Origin: Antedon mediterranea
Taxonomy: Eukaryota; Animalia; Echinodermata
Assembly: GCF_964355755.1 (NCBI RefSeq)
Contig: NC_092674.1
Location: 8,184,001-8,248,000 of the forward strand
Reading direction: 5' to 3'
DNA length: 64,000 nucleotides
In this document: piece after piece, positions 37,290 to 51,600 of the stretch
Numbering within the stretch: the first letter of the stretch is position 1
Layout of the letters: each line of letters opens with the position of its first letter
Notes under the pieces: generated by a model
The model's input: only the letters and a program-made list of their open reading frames with translations
What the model was told of the DNA's origin: nothing
Databases searched by the model: none
Made by a program: the position numbers and the translations under genes

Positions 37290-37640
37290 AGGTGAAGGTC
37301 AAAAATAGCCGCATAAAATCTGCACTGGTTGGGGTAAATAATGACAGTTACAATATGGATGAAGCTTCAAATAAAATTGTTAAAATAAGAAAAACTGACA
37401 ATAACATCAACAAAGACCAGAGAGAACATGAGCTGAGCCACATTTATGATATGATCAAAAAGGACACCCGACATCCAGAGGGGGACCACCAGCAGAAAGC
37501 TGAATATCAGGCGAGCAATGGCACGAATCACCGAGCCATGACGAATGAAAGAAGGTCATCACAGAGTCATTTACGTGACCAAGGCTACTACTGTCAAAAT
37601 AGCCGAAATGTAGCGAGTGAGTACTTGATAATTGGTTTAT
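37290..37640 (+). mobile_element. Decayed Penelope-like retroelement 3' fragment (GIY-YIG C-terminus)
   Basis: ORF 37292 contains KSAL...KIV(K)IRKTDNNINKDQREHELSHIYD, matching the Penelope pattern SAL..H...KI...IRK....NRDxG..LSHxYD. A hammerhead-like remnant follows. Confidence 0.65.
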
Positions 37641-40600
37641 TGAAAGTTAAATTTTTCATACAATTTTATTTTGAAACCAGACTAGATGAAATTTGTCGAG
37701 AGTATATTATGATTGAAATAGCATAATATAATAATGAGTCTACTAATTAACTAATACCATATTGTACTTAAAACCAAACCTCTGTTGTTATATTATAATC
37801 CAAATTGTGTATGAAACTACAGAATTGATAATGTTATGAGTCAATTCCCAAAGGGTACGCAATTACACCAGCCTGTCATAATATTTATCTCTGTAAACTG
37901 AGAAATTAAGTTGAATATGTTAATGACAGGTGTGTTATTTAAAGCCAGATTTTTAGCTTGACCATGCAGTCTATGTTACAAATAAATTGTAACAGATATT
38001 TACGTTTTACTAGAATATTGCTTTATAAATACTGTATTTGTGGTCAAGAGTGTATTGTGTATACATTTACCAATATGATTAAAATAACAAATGTAGGAGA
38101 TAAACCACACAGTTCACAACAAACCAGACATTGTTAGAGAGGGCGGGGACAGCAATGTTTGGTGGGATTTATCATTGATAGATAAGATTCAGACTGCTTA
38201 TAAATTATGCCTTTAATGTGAGATGAAATATAAAAGTTATCAGAACAATCCTCTACAATAATGGACTGATCCACGAGCCACTCAATCACATCAGCACACT
38301 TCCAACATAACCTACTGTATTACCACTGTCATCATCCATTATTGTAGAGGGATGTTCAGCAGGGAACTTTTATATTTGTATTATACTTTGGGCTATTTTC
38401 GGTTTATCCAGGTAGCTGGGCACAAAATTACACAAACCAGAAATGGTGTTGGTAGACAGACATAAGCCCTTTTCCAGGAAGTGCGAAACAATTACGAAAA
38501 GAAGAATTTTGCGGTAGCTCACCTCCATGATAAATGGGACAGTCCGCTATAGCGCCCTCTCGTAGGACCACTCCCACGTAATACCGTCATCATATCTTTT
38601 TGTATCGTCATATTGACAACACAAAGTTTTTTGAAGAGAAGATTTTCGAATTCCAAGGAAAATAGACTGTTAAGATAAAGCTGTACATTACACATTTAAC
38701 TGTCCATAATGCTCTTTGTACTGCACCATATTTTAATTATGAATTGGTTGTGATACTGTGTACTGTATACAGTACAGTAACTGTCAATCAAAAGACACCA
38801 TACTGATTAAATAGATTTTCAATATGTTTATCTCATAACTAAACATTATTTATACATTTAAAAGTACGTGTTATACAACAACTATTACTCAAAATAAATA
38901 AACACCCATGTGTAGGTAATTAATAAACAATCTGTTAAACCAAGAACAAACTTGACATTTGAAAAATAATCTACAGTATTCAAGTTTGTAAATGAGTATT
39001 GTACACTACTAAAGTGTTCAAGTACAATCAGCATTATTTTACTGTATTGTTAGAGAAACTTTGATTTTAAAAAAACGTACAGTCAATAAAATTGTAATAA
39101 GTATTATTTAGCAGATAAAGGAAAAGAGACAAGGGGCAAATTTCCTAACTGTAGGTTTAATACCTAATCTGATTTTTACATTGACGTCCAGCCAGTGATA
39201 CCCACAGCATTGTCATTTTTCAGCAATTTGGCTTTCGATTTAAATAAATAAAATTTCATCCATTTTAAAAGGAAACTGTTCACTTTACAGAATAATACAG
39301 GTAACTGTATATCTTCAATTAAATGCTAGTTACAAACTGACAATTGGGCTTGTTGAATTCATACTAGGAAATAATACAACACTATTGTTTTTGCATTACC
39401 TGTCAACAAGAACAATCTACAGTACTACTGTACTCCTGATTTTGTGTCTATTATAATCCCTCTGAAAAGTGTTTGTTCAGATATAAGAGAACACCCTACA
39501 ATCAAGGGAAGACTAATAGTATGATATACAGTACAGAAGCCTAATCTTGACTTAGAAAATAGTCTATACTTGGAAAATAACCAAGACCAGTATCAAAATA
39601 GTTGCATTCAAGTCTCTCTCAATGCATGTAAAGTAATTAGACAGAGCAAGCAAAATGGCATGTGGGGTAGTCATTTTAAATAGGGTTGTTGTAATGTTAT
39701 GGACCTGCCAAGTGGCAGATGACAAGGTACAGTACAGTAGGTAGTTGTTGCAGCAGGGAATAATTTCGCCAGTGTAGCATAGCAAAAAGCTATACAAAAC
39801 AACCTTTTTGCTACAGATTTTTTAATTTGTGTAGCAAAAAATACAATACAAAACTATGTTTCTCGACTCAAAAATCAGTTTGATTAGCAATATTATTGCT
39901 AAACAAAATTTAAAAATGAAATTTTCCCCTCTGCAGTCACTGATATACTGTAGGTGGTCAACTGAAATGTCATGATTACAGTAGTTGAGGCAAAAAAATG
40001 ACATACATGGGTAGTCGCTATTATTATAGTTTAAAATACAGTATCCTCATTTTTTATAAAAGCGTACTGTAGCAGCACATCTCATCTCTGTTTGAAACTG
40101 TTGTACCGTACTATTTTTCATCTTGTATTATAACATCATTATTAATGGCGAATCGTAAATTATTCAGAAAATTCTAAGTTTGGTTATAAAAACGAGTCTG
40201 TGTTTTCCCTAAAGAGCAACCCATCATAACGTCTTCATAAATGCTGAAAACGGCTAACACTTCCATACATTATAATTATATTTGTAACCTCCTTTAACTA
40301 CAGATCCACGCTGATGCGTAATATTTTTTATTTTTAGAGCTTTGTATTAAAAAGGCACACAGCATTATGAATTCACAACATTATATCTTTTATCACAATC
40401 CGAAAAGCAACGGTTTATCGCAATATTGAATGAGCAATTACTTGTTATCAAAGTCTGTTATTTAGCAGTGAGAAGTCCGTTGGTAGAAGCATTTATTCAT
40501 AAACCGACAACCATATTATATGTCTAAATATAATACAATTCATAGATATCGTACTGTACTCATCAAAAATGGCGAAAAATACACAAACTAAAAGTACTGT

Positions 40601-41546
40601 TAGTAGTCTGTACTGTAAGTGCTAGCTTTACCTGGATAAACAAACATTAGCCTATTCTCTCTGAAAAAGAGAGCTAGTGTACAAGTCGAATATATTAAAT
40701 GTTATAAAAAACCAGAGGGGGGGGGGGAAGGGGAATGGTTAAATATTTTTTCGCTCATTACATTCAATACAAAATATGTATACTCTTTCTATTTGAATTA
40801 AATTAACTTTATAAAATTCAATATTTTGTTAGAATTTCGTGAACTGGTCAATATGAATATGATCATTCAAATAATCCATATTTTTCTCTGAGGTTTAACA
40901 ACAAATTGGCAGTTATTTATTATAGCATTCCATCACTCACAATTTAGTGTTTTTAATACGTTTATTTTTTTAATAGTTTATTATTACTGAAAATGTAACT
41001 GTTCATTATATAAATATTTCATCATAGAAAATTATTGATAAAACTGTTAAAATCCACAGATTTTAACTATTCAAGGATTTAAAGTCAATCTATCTGATCC
41101 AAAGCATTGTTAATATGTATTTTATGAACATAAAATGATCAACGTTGCAATAAAAACTGTCCTTGTGCCTTCATTCATTTCATATACCATAAGTAACTGA
41201 CGTCAACTGTTCATTATTGAAACCACATAAAAAGCTTCAATCAAGAGAGAATGCTCAATGAAATATCAGTGCATTGTGTTAAGCTTAACAAATTTAACAA
41301 ACTGCATAATTTAATAACAGAACACATAGCCTTTGAAAGGTTAACAGATCAGTCATGGCAGTACCGTAGACACCCCCCCCCCCCCCCCATTTACTGTACA
41401 CACTGTTGGGCCCAGGGCTGCTCCAGGGTCAGGTCGAATTGTTACTCACAGTATTCACTGTATTTAGGCAGGCCCAACTTACAGTATATTGAAGCACCTT
41501 CCTCTGGTGGTCTGTAGCTCAAACCGTAATGTAAATGTTGTCTAAA

Positions 41547-41688
41547 AGCTCTGTCTAAACAATCAAACTGATGTGCCATGTGCCCATGGTACTGTACTGT
41601 ATGGACATCATGACATCATCATATCCCATACAGGGTATTTCAGAACACTTTTTTTTTGTCAGACTAGTTTGATAGTGTAGACAGAGCT
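41547..41688. mobile_element. MITE family A copy (diverged, with CTGTA micro-insertions)
   Basis: TIRs recognisable. The interior reads catggtactgtactgtatggac where the sibling at 11593 reads catatatggac. Confidence 0.82.
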
Positions 41689-44600
41689 TCACGGGTTTAA
41701 TTGAGGTCTAGTTTTTCTAGTAAATCATTTTGTTAGGGTATGTTTTACAAAATTTGGGTGCATTTACTGTACGTAAATTGAATGATTTTAATGGCTATCC
41801 ATCTGCATAGCATAGCATTGTGGAAAGATGACAAAGAGACAAATTTGCAGGGTACAATACACACTAGCCATTTTTCATTGTCAAGTGATAAACAACAGAT
41901 ATATTGCAAATCATTCTATTTTTTCTTACTTACTTACAAAATTTGATAAATTGTTATCGGGACTAGATTCATATATTTTGTGGTTCGTCTGGTGCCATCG
42001 GCAAGTTCCGAGTGCTAAAAAAATGTCATAACACAGCCATACAGCCGTACTACTGTAGATGTCCACTCATACTCACGTTAGACAACTTTATACGATCATA
42101 ACAAGTTGTTTTTATAAATGTTTACTAACTGTATATTCAACTACCATCAAAACAGTGCGACAGAAGAAAATAATGATCATTGCCAAAGTATGTCAAATTC
42201 AAAAGAATACCTTGATTCAATGAACAAAGTGCCCTCAGGTTAATATTATTGATTTACCATCGTACAGGTAAATCTTTTGAACTGAAGCCAGGTGAATTTT
42301 AGTATCAAAATACTTTCCCTCAGGGAAAAGTTTCTGTATTTCCTATATATCAATTGTTTATCTACTGTAGCATTTAAAAAATTCCTATCAATTTTTCAGG
42401 ACATATTTTGAGATGCCAAAACCTGTTCCTTCAATGTGTTTCAGTGCTACTGTACTGTATCTTATTTTTTTAAAGAGGCGGAAGGGGGTTGTAATGCAGT
42501 TAACATACTGTACATGATTGTGTGTTGTACAAGATTTTTCATACAGGAATATACTATAGTAAACTGTAGATTCATTATATTATTTCCTCATCCTTTGGTT
42601 TGTATATTTATTATTTGTAATATTTCCATAATTTCATCCACGTATAGTACAGCTCCTAATAAAAATCTTTGTCAATTTTCTATCACCTAAACTAAAAGTT
42701 ATGGTATTGCAAGTCTCGTTTCGGGTCCATTCTATAGTCGCTGCACATACAGTATAGGCTGGCTGCTACTGTACATCAGTACTTCTATGAATGGATGGCT
42801 AGTTGGTGACATTTACTGTACAGTACAAGAACGCTCGTTGATCATACCCAGTACCTTTTTGGTTTTATAATCAATCGGGAAACCACCTCACGACGTTGAT
42901 ACAGTGGGCCAGTATCAAATGGCTTTATGTCAGTAATAATACTTAGGCACTTACTGTACAAATTACACTTACACTGTTAAAATTCCATTACTAATATTGA
43001 AACATTTTTTATACTAACCATACAGAATGACCCTTAACAGTTTCAACTTGGTGGCCTTGCTTAAAACATTATTGATTATTTCATCCCATAGTTGTTGTTG
43101 AATATACCCTAAGCATGTACAATGTTGTGATTGCAGCTGGGCTAGCCAGTGACAATTAATCAACATGATAATTAAACAACTTTCAATTTTCAATACCTTT
43201 TACAGTTCAAATTAACTACAGCTATTAAAGCATAAAAGATGAAGTGGATTTATCATTAATATATGTTGATATAAATGTATAGTATTTTTCTCTGTAAAAG
43301 ACTTTAAGTGAACGTAAATGAATAGCAAGAACATACAGTGTTCTGTGTTTACATACTGTACACTATGTACCATGCAATTGTAAGACATTTTAATTTGGAG
43401 CACTGCAGAACAAATTATTAGCAATTAAAACAGTTATAGGCCTACAGTAACTGCCCTTTCTCATCCAAACCACAATGTTGTATTTTAATCACCTTACCCA
43501 AAGCTGTACTACAGTATACATACAGTAAAATACTACTTTCAGTACAGTACATACAGTACTGTATCATCAACTATCAATTTTCAAATGAAATACTCTACTG
43601 TACATACTGTATAATTACTATATGTATCCACAACTTTCCATTGTTAATTATTGACTTATGGCAAAAATGCACATCATTTAATCCCTGCAATCAAAACAAA
43701 ACAAAACTAAAAGCCTGATCTATTAAACCACAATGACAAACAAACTGAAATTGCTACAATTATGGTTTTGCTGACAAACTAAGTGCATACCAATTAGTAC
43801 TGAACGACTACGGCATGGTAATTCACATTATGGTATAGTGGAAAATCTCAATTATTATTTATACTGTAGCCCCTTATTGTAGCTGAATGCACCTACAGTG
43901 TAGGCTACGCTATTTTCACATTGCACCTAGATTCGGTGCGGTGTCCTGAGAAAAATATCGTGGACAATGCGTTCAGTGGGAAAGAATAGGTTCCTTCATA
44001 CCAAATTAGAACAATTTGAATCCGTACCTGATTTGGGCTCAGAATTCATAGCGTTCAAAAAACATTTGTTTAGGAAATTGATACAATATTTTTTTTCGTC
44101 CAATCAGCAGTGAGCATGAATGACCTCACTTGACAACTTGAAAACACGCTCAGTTTGAAAATTATGGTTTGTATTTTTTTGTAGAGTGATATTTTAAATT
44201 ATGGGAAACAGAAATCTAGAAAAAAGGTCACTAGCTCGTTTTTGCATTTTAACAACAACAAAAGCTTCTTTTTGCTAAATTATTACGATTCATCCTCACC
44301 CCCTTCTCACGCCCTATTCATTCATTGATAGATTCCACAATATTACTGTACAGTTATTCCATGATCCTTTTAATAAAGTTGTAATGCAAAATCTTAATTC
44401 ATTACTCTTAATGCAGTTAATGCATTGGTTACATGCACATCTTAGCTACTCATGCTAAGTAAGAAATCTTAAATATGTGACCCTAACCTACATAAGATGA
44501 CCTTCAGAATGTAAAAATATATTTTATAATATATTTGTGAACATAATTTAGATTCACTTGCGTTTTCACTGTAGAAAAAGCATTGTTAAACAGACAATTT

Positions 44601-45178
44601 GTTTTACATGAAAATCAATTTTATACTTAGAAATTCATTTAAAAATTATTGATTAAAAGCTTATGGGATAATTTCCACAAATGCCATAAAATAATATTGA
44701 CTCAAAATTAAATATTATTGGATATTTTATGACATAATTAAACTGCAAATGACAGTTCAAATAATGATATTTATTCTTTATTTTGACTGGATGAAGAAAA
44801 TTGTGCAAATTTTAAAATGTGAAGTAATTTAGTTTTAGCAGATCTACTGTTAAAGTGTTTATACAACATACTGTATCTTATCTTATGGTTCTAAGAATAT
44901 ACTACAGTATAGGCCTATGTTGTGAATATTGTATCTTTGAGGAGTAGGTTTCTTTTAGTCCTGCAGCAGTGCAAGAAGACAAAAACTATATCAAAGTACA
45001 GTGACTGTACTTTAAATTGAAAAATTGAAAAATTAAAAATCTTTCATCAAGTGGTTTATGGACTATACCATTTATGGAGAGGGGTGTAAAATGAATGTTT
45101 ACTTTTTAGAGTTACATAGTACAGTAATTTGCTCTTCAATGAGAATGTGCTATTGTCAGTTTATCAAAGTACAATAGT

Positions 45179-46952
45179 CTACGCTCGCGCTAACCGCTCG
45201 CCAATTCGCCAATGGCGACTGGAGTCTCCATTTGGCGAAAATAATTATTGCCTTGTTCGCCAAATTGGCGAAAATACATTTCCAAGCCTAGGCCTAGCCT
45301 GGTCGGCGTGAATTCTTATGGGAGCGAGAATTCGCCACACTTCGGTACTTTCTGACTCGGGTACACTTTTTACCACCACAGCATTTTATGTGACAACGTC
45401 ACGATCGCCGTGTTCACTTTTTTAGTTCTGTTTAAACATGCGCAGAGTGTGCCTCGATGACGTTTTAATGACACACAGTTAGTGTGATTGGTTCGTGGCC
45501 AGCCGTCGTCGACGTGATGATGAGCGAATAAAAGGGGAAGTCCCTATTCTTCGACGTAGAAAATGAACTTCGAGAAGAAAATGTAAACAGAAACATGTGG
45601 ACGAATACTTCCGTAAACGAGGCTGTTCTGTTATTTAAAAAGAGGAATTTTAAATTTAACAAAGTAATTACCTCAATAGTATAATGTTAACATGTTTAAT
45701 TTTATTTCCCTTTCGATTAATTATTCTAACCGAAAGTTGCGCTTTAAATTGAATAGCTAAGAAACAGCTTATACGGCAACGGCCACCCTGGCCAAAGCGC
45801 GTTTCGGCCGCCTACATAGAATGGGTTACGGCCGCTGCATAGCAAATTAAAAGCTTCTTAAATTTCTGCGGTACATTTCTTGTTTTATATAATAGATTGA
45901 TAAATATTCCACTTATTAAATAATTTAATAAATCGGTAAAATTGACGTTTCGAAGCAACTATTCCATGATGAGAGGCGACATTTTTCGACATGCCTCGTG
46001 TGCGGCGAAGACTAGTTCAGAAAATGGAACAGTCCACTGCGGGGGTTATCCAATCATTAATTAACGCGCTAATACATGCATACCATGCAAATTGCCTGGG
46101 CGACGGTAATTTAGTAATAAGCGGAGAACTGAATCCCCCTTATGGAAAATGGTAAACACTGATATTTATGGTAGGGATTATTTTTTTCAGGGGTTGGTCT
46201 TGTTGGCCTTTTCGCACGAGGTCCACGCAAAGTCAAATAAAACGATGTGTTTTATCAAACAGAAATATAAATTAGCTTCAATTCAATACTAAATTAGCCA
46301 GATTTTGATAATGATAAAGACTCAAAAATTCAATTTTTATCGTTAAAATTGACATTTGAGGCGGATGTACATAATAATAATAACCGATTTACATATCAAA
46401 ATAAAGAGTATTTAAAGCCTGATAACATGCAACAAAAATTACTCCACCACCTATTATGGACCTCGTGCGATCGGGTGCGAAAATGGGTAGGTGTTTTCCA
46501 AAGTTATTTTTAGCGCGCGGATTTCGGCTCGCCGGCTTTTGTACCTCATTTTTAACTCGCGTTTTCTATTAAAATATTTAATAAACATAGATTATAAATA
46601 TATAAATATAATCCCTTAAACAAGATCTTTCCAGGCATATACAGTAATTTTTATTCTCATGGGTACATAAGAAATAGTATATTTTTAACTTCAAAGACAC
46701 GTCACTTTTTGAAATTTCATGAACGTGTTAAAATCGCGGTAACGAAAATCAGGTTCATTGGGATACCTAATAATAATATAAATGTAAAAGAAATAAAAAT
46801 TTTTAAAAATACATGCATTATTTATTTAATAAACATTTTTTCGAATTTTTATGGTTTTTTAAATTTGGCTAAAGGATTTTTAATTTGGCTAATGTTTTTC
46901 AAAACCTTTTGCCATTTTGGCGAACGAAAATTTGACCTTAGCGCGAGCGTAG
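45179..46952. mobile_element. Non-autonomous TIR transposon (1.77 kb, hAT-like subterminal TTCGCCAA/TTGGCGAA repeats)
   Basis: Perfect TIR CTACGCTCGCGCTAA with aatagt on both flanks. Ends about 135 bp from the exon 2 donor. Confidence 0.82.
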
Positions 46953-47086
46953 AATAGTTATACTGTAGTACTGTAGGTACTGAACGCACTATCATTTCAA
47001 TTTGTATTTTTATCAACAATTAATCTGTCCCCAGCAGCTGTTCTTTCTTAATGTACAGAATGAATGAATGAAAATAACATACATAC

Positions 47087-47218
47087 CAAGTAGCGCTTGG
47101 AACAAGTGACTCTTAAAGATGCGTATGACCCTTTCGATAGCATTGCGTAAAGGGCGGTCACTTGGTTTGCTCAACTTTGAGTGATAATCCTCGAGAAGTT
47201 CCAGTGCCCTGTGGGCCT
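47087..47218 (-). CDS. dlg1: dlg1 coding exon 2, L27 domain ([44 protein letters not shown])
   Basis: 132 nt, phase 1-1. Acceptor ttttcttttatctattgtag|, donor |gtatgt. Translation closely matches the L27 domain of Drosophila Dlg-S97 and vertebrate SAP97 as I recall them. It lies inside track ORF 47013..47459. Confidence 0.97.
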
Positions 47219-47731
47219 CTACAATAGATAAAAGAAAATCAAATACAATAATTACAGTAGTACTTAATTTTATTATAATTGGTATGCATAGTATTAGTAT
47301 TAGTAGTATAAAGTCAGTGAATATATTTTTCCCCTTTCGATAGTGGTGGTGTTCAAAAAGAAATGTAATGAGGTACAGTATGTATGGGCGTTTTCTCCCA
47401 CCTGAGAGGCTCACGGGTGATACCACTGTCTTGGAGGGAAGTTCAATAAAATATTTCACTTTTCTGGTTACAGTACTATGTTCTCTCCTTGAAGGGGATA
47501 AGGCCTATGTTGGTTTATCCAGGTAAGCTATACTTCGCACCTGCATAATGTAGAGCTCAATTCATCACAAGTTACTATACAATGGGGATCTGTGTTTAAA
47601 AGGTAACCCTGTTGGTCCGTTCTTCAATTTTACCAAATGTTACCATGTTTACTGTTCTATAAAACCCAGATGTACTGAAGGCCAGTAAACTTTAGCTGGT
47701 GTCAAGCATGTACTGTACTGTATGAGCCTAA

Positions 47732-48603
47732 AGGCCTTTTTACACAGAACTTCGGCAATATTGTGGTAAGCAAGCCGGCGTTATTGCCGGTCTAGACCCA
47801 TTCACACAGAAGGTAATATTACGGTAATTTTACCGTTTTCTGTGTGAAAGGCTATACTGTACAGTTAAAAGGTGCAATATTTAAAGATTACTGTCTTTAT
47901 AAAATAGAGGTCGCACCGCCACCGACAAAACATGTCATGCGCGCACATGTTTGCTGATCGTTTAGTTTTATTGGTTTTTATTTACGATGCATAAAACCTA
48001 TATTTTTGCCCAACACCACTCCGTGCTAATAACTGCCCGATCATGATGGCCATTCTACAGAAACAAAATCTATTAATTAGGCCTACAAATAGACGCGAAT
48101 TTAATTATCAGAAGCTGTTATGAGCTACTGTAGCACCAGGAGCGCGCACCGGAGGATGTTCCTGCTAGAACTATGCTACTGTAACTAGGGCCTAGGCTTT
48201 CGTATGTCACAGCAAGTTAAATAATCTTTAAACCAACATCTGTTATATTTTTATTATTAATTATTGGCCGTATTCTTCCATTGTATTATTTACAAACTAA
48301 CCTAAAAAAAATATATATGGATATAATCTAATAATTTGGCCTAAAATAATTGCCACAGTCTTTCTCAATCAAGGAAAATGTCCGGAATTTATCCTTGCTT
48401 CACTGCGTAAGCAGGCGTTATATCGTGGACTCTTTCACACAGATCAGCCTTACGACCGTGATGGTAATATTACCGCAATTTTACTAGGTCCAGAGGCGGT
48501 CTAACGGAAGCCGGCATTAAGAGGTTTTTACCCTTTCACACATAAGCCGGCGTTCGCGAATTACCGCAATATTACCGTCTTACAGTTCTGTGTGAAAAGG
48601 GCT
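47732..48603. mobile_element. Harbinger-like non-autonomous transposon (~870 bp)
   Basis: Termini AGGCCTTTTTACACAGAAC and (reverse complement) AGCCCTTTTCACACAGAAC. Subterminal TTACCG/CGGTAA and TTCACACAG repeats. Confidence 0.78.
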
Positions 48604-51600
48604 TACTATAATTGTAATAAAGTACTGTACAGTACTGTGCCATAGTTTACCTGTATACTGTATGCAGTAGCAATTTTACTTCAGTAATTATTAATTAATA
48701 AATTTAAACATCATCATGAAAAGTACTTAGCATCTACTGTACTTTTTGTAAGGTCCTCCCTTGCAGGAAAACCAATTCATCAGTTTACATAATTCATTTC
48801 CACAAGTGAGTGCACTAACAAAGGTCAAGGGAAACATATCAGTCAGACTATCAGAATGATTAGAAACTTTATAAACTGATACGAAGGTCAGCGCAAGGTC
48901 ATACAATATCTGCAATCAACCAATGAAACTGTTGTTTGCAATACAGATAAACTACTTTATGTTCAAATGTAAAAGGTTGAATTGTGGTGTACATATTATT
49001 TATAATTTATAGTCAATACATTTTACAGTTAACTGTACTGTATTGCAAAGATGTACAGTATCTACATAGTACAATACTATAGAATGTCTATTTAAATAAA
49101 ACAATTTCAGTGCATGCGTTCTGTAGATACAATACAGTAGTATTGTACAACACTTTGTATTCAAAATGTCTGAATCATTATCATCAAATAAATTCCACTA
49201 TTCACACTGCACTTATTTTATTTACTAACATGGACATACATAAAATAAATGTCACTGCATGCATTGCAGTACTGTAGCAATACCAGTGACCTGATTCGAC
49301 TGGGCAATCTCATTTGCAAATAGTAGAGAGGGAGCAGGGGTGATGAATTTTGTAAATGGTGGTCTCTGCTTAAAAAAAGTCTATTTTTAAACTTATTTTG
49401 ACCACCATCCACATTTATAATTACTTTAAAATTATAAAGAAATATATTACTGTATATAATACTATTTGTGGAAATCAATTAACAACTGTTAAAACTGTTA
49501 CAGTACTGTAGGCTTGTTTTAATGGAAAGGGGTTTAGACTGTTTAATGGAATCATTCCTGCTTATTTATAGGGCTCTATTTATTTGCCACGAGATAATAA
49601 AATAATGAGGAATAAATGAGGACTTGTTTGTAGTAGACACGCTCTATTGTATATGTTTACATATTAATCTCTGTCTAAACTACTGTGTAGAACCTATATT
49701 ATTGTATATTATTTAATTATTAACTGTACTGTGATAACAACTACTGTACTTCTACAGTATTGTGTACAGTAGTACTATTCTATTCTACAGTATGTGAGAG
49801 CCTTATGATCAGTACTGTACCTACCAATGTACGAAAGATGTTACATCTTATAAATAAGTACAGTATAAAACCAATAGTGAATGTTTTATATTCGTGCAAT
49901 GGTACTATACAAATAATGGCATTTGGTGAATGATGAAAGATTAGATATCAACTCGGCTATAACCTTTCATCATTCACCTCATGCCATTATTTGTACCATT
50001 ACACACATAAATATTCATTATTTGTAGTGTATTTCAATGTACCAACTACAGTAATATTTATAAGTACACTCAAATATAGGAATACAGTACACTATACAGT
50101 ATTTACAGTAATATAATACTGTACTACTACTACTACAACTGGGACACTCGATTACTCAGCGTATTTCCTGTTGTGGTTTTCTTAATTATCTTTCTACAAT
50201 AGTTAGCGGGAAAGAACAAAAGGACGAGCAAGTAAAGATAATAAGGACCGTAATTACAAAAAAGTGTACAACTTTTTAAAACGAGTACACATAGGAAACA
50301 GCCACATCCTTGATAAACTTACTCATCTGTGTCAAGTAACAAGAGGCACGTTCACAAAATCTTCAATTATGTCGCTTTATTTTAACATTAAAACTTTTTA
50401 GAAATCGGAACATTATCGGCTTTAATAATGATAATGATGATGTGGCCTAAACAGAGCATGGCAATTATTGTAATGGTATAGTGTGTTTTTGTAATTTACA
50501 TATTAAACCTTACTTTAATGTGCAAAAGTTATCTAATGCTTTATACAGTATTATACAGAATAAAAGTCACATACAGTTTAGTGTATAATTAATATTACTT
50601 GTACAGTACAGTAGGCCTATAGTACAAACTATTTTTAAAAATGTACCTGTAAGGTTGTAGAAATTAAGTAGGGTGGTATAAAGAATTTAGGCCGAGTGCT
50701 CTTTGTTTTTAGGTCAAACAATATAATATTATACAGTAGCCTATTGCGCATACTGTACTACAGTAAATGCACAACCAATTGTTATTTATAAATGTTAATG
50801 TACCAATTGTTATTTCTTTTTATAGTACTGTACAAAAACATATGTAAAACACAGTACCTACTGTACATTGGACTATTACAGTATTGTTTTATTTTTTTTT
50901 TATGCAATCATTTTTATTAGGTCAATATTTAGCGACTTCATGTTCATGACACAGGTACAATAAAGTACATGTATTATAGTTAGTTGTCTACAATCTGTCA
51001 ATCTACTCTAATGTTATATTTCTGAGCATGCGCAATAAGTTTGGCTATTTGACTCAATAGCATAGTCTAATGACATGTTGTGAAAATCTGTATAGTAGTA
51101 CTGTTTTTTATGGTATACTGTAATGTTACATTATATTTTACACAATGTAAATTCTCACAAGAATATTTCTTACAAAAAACGCTGCTTGCTTATTGTTATT
51201 GCTAAGGTCAAGTCTGGGGGTCACTTCATCAAGCCTAGATACTGTACTTCAAGTATCCTACTTATTACTAACAAAAACTTCAATGGACTGTTTTGATAAT
51301 AATTCAATGATTATCTGACAGTGAATTATAGTAATATCATGGGACTCATAAATACCAGAAATGCTTTGGGATTTGTCATTAGACTCTTTTCCCAGCCGTT
51401 TTTTGGATTCAACAGGTGGTACCTATAAATTATAGTCGAGTTTCCATTTTAACAAAAATGTCAAAGTGTAGTACTATTACTGCTGCTTGATTTCATCTAA
51501 TGAATGAGTCATCTCGTGTGACGTAGCGGGCTAGAGCAGCAGCGTGAAAATCTAAAATTTGTAAAGGTGTTTCTGTCATTTCACATTTGATACTAAAGCT

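Noticed and set aside
37292-37726. 144-aa ORF as a nested antisense host gene
   Set aside because: GTG start and Penelope endonuclease remnants; better explained as a decayed retroelement.
47013-47459. The 148-aa ORF as a stand-alone gene
   Set aside because: Only 47087-47218 is DLG-like and bounded by AG/GT; the rest is intron read-through.
50320-50370. Isolated gtaagt donors on the minus strand (here and at ~31480)
   Set aside because: No convincing acceptor or ATG-initiated phase-1 frame. Such hexamers are expected by chance.
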